Source: Pseudomonadota bacterium
GTDB taxonomy: Bacteria > Bdellovibrionota_B > Oligoflexia > Oligoflexales > CAIMVM01
DNA length: 17,492 nt
Reading direction: 5' to 3'
Assembly (NCBI GenBank): GCA_037142195.1
Contig: JBAXBA010000078.1
Span: 1 to 17,492 of the forward strand
The notes below the pieces were generated by a model. It was not told the DNA's origin. It saw only the letters and a list, made by a program, of their open reading frames with translations, and did no database searches. Made by a program: the position numbers and the translations under genes. Each line of letters starts with the position of its first letter. Position 1 is the stretch's first letter. This document shows, piece after piece, positions 16,597 through 17,492 of the stretch.

Positions 16597-17028
16597 TTCC
16601 ATAGACTTGGCAATGGCCATGTTTTGAGTAAAACTAAAAAACGAAATCAAGAGAGTCTTGGAGCCATTAAGAATGGGTCTTGCGTGACATACACTTATGT
16701 GTGTCTAGGTAAGCCCGCGCTCATATCGACTCCCTAGGTCACGCTGATTCGAGACATTCTAGGACTGAATAGCCAAATATTCCATTTCCAAAATTCCTAA
16801 CATCTTGGGACGATGCGCGCCTAAGTTCCCTTGAATGAGAACCAAAAGAACACCTTCCTTTAAAATCTTAAAATGTCCTCGCAACCTATGGCAACTACTC
16901 AATCAACAGTTGTCCAAGGAGCAAAAATTTATCCTCAGACCAAACAAAGGTCATAAGGTGGCGCAGAGCAGCGTGTCGTAGGCATTAGGATAGTCCAGAA
17001 AGACCAGTGTCAATTCTATTCCATGATG

Positions 17029-17492
17029 TCAAATCGCTAGCTTTAGAGGTTTACCTACATCGTTTTTCCTAATTCCTGGTTGGATGAAAGGCAATTCTTT
17101 ATCTACGCTATGACGAAGTCGCTGTGTCATTTGAATGCGGAGAGACAATTCAACTGCTGGCATCATTTGTGTGGGTTTGAGATCTTTAGCTTCCCACTTG
17201 CCAACAGAGGACCGATCGATATCTAGTAGATCAGCAAAAACGTTTTGGCTCAACTCCATGTGATGCCGGATGAACTTCACTTCCGCCCCAGAAAAACGCG
17301 CAGGTTTTCGAATTAACGCTTCGAAGACTAGCTCTGAGAGCCTATTGAAATCGACGTCAAGTACTTCGCCGTACTCAGTATCTTTCATCTTTGCTTTGAG
17401 TAGAACTATAGGGAAGCCGAGCCCATTAAATATTTTGGGGTCTTCCGCAGAATTAGTGGGTGCTTTTAGGTAAAATGTCTGCGAGTTCCCCG
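17029..17492 (-). CDS. XRE/Cro-type HTH protein, antitoxin-like (MqsA/HigA-like); 5' end lies outside the window
   Basis: FSGAEVKFIRHHMELSQNVFADLLDIDRSSVGKWE is an XRE HTH. The frame stays open upstream of ATG 17388 to the window edge (GNSQTFYLKAPTNSAEDPKIFNGLGFPIVLLKAK-MKD). It includes a GLGFPIVL motif that I recall from the N-termini of similar proteins. Confidence 0.75.
   Translation of the reverse strand, partial: GNSQTFYLKAPTNSAEDPKIFNGLGFPIVLLKAKMKDTEYGEVLDVDFNRLSELVFEALIRKPARFSGAEVKFIRHHMELSQNVFADLLDIDRSSVGKWEAKDLKPTQMMPAVELSLRIQMTQRLRHSVDKELPFIQPGIRKNDVGKPLKLAI

Noticed and set aside
16687..16706. Hairpin GACATACA-CTTA-TGTGTGTC between the TPR and HTH genes
   Set aside because: No U-tract on either side and a weak stem, so it is not called a terminator.

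Overview
Bacterial genomic window of moderate GC. The gene content (orphan GspC-like gene, LOG, TPR, Cys-paired Ig-repeat lipoprotein, c-type cytochrome lipoprotein) is reminiscent of Bdellovibrionota/Oligoflexia-like or related diderm bacteria; this is inference only. The left half (1-9500) looks accessory: a large Ig-repeat/LVIVD surface lipoprotein, a heavily decayed DDE (rve) transposase relic, a small stress-type cluster behind a candidate sigma-54 promoter (beta-barrel protein, CsbD with an apparent 1-nt frameshift, and a DUF3309 small protein missing from the ORF track), a tri-heme cytochrome c lipoprotein, and a complete-looking intergenic group II intron (GTGCG 5' end, endonuclease-less YCDD reverse transcriptase/maturase, clear DV/DVI). 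The right half carries the most striking element: a single uninterrupted 1361-aa ORF fusing a full DNA topoisomerase III to a full RecQ helicase. It is followed by a convergent GspC-like PDZ protein, a LOG-family protein, a TPR protein and a 5'-truncated HTH antitoxin-like gene. All family assignments are by motif recognition; no database searches were run.
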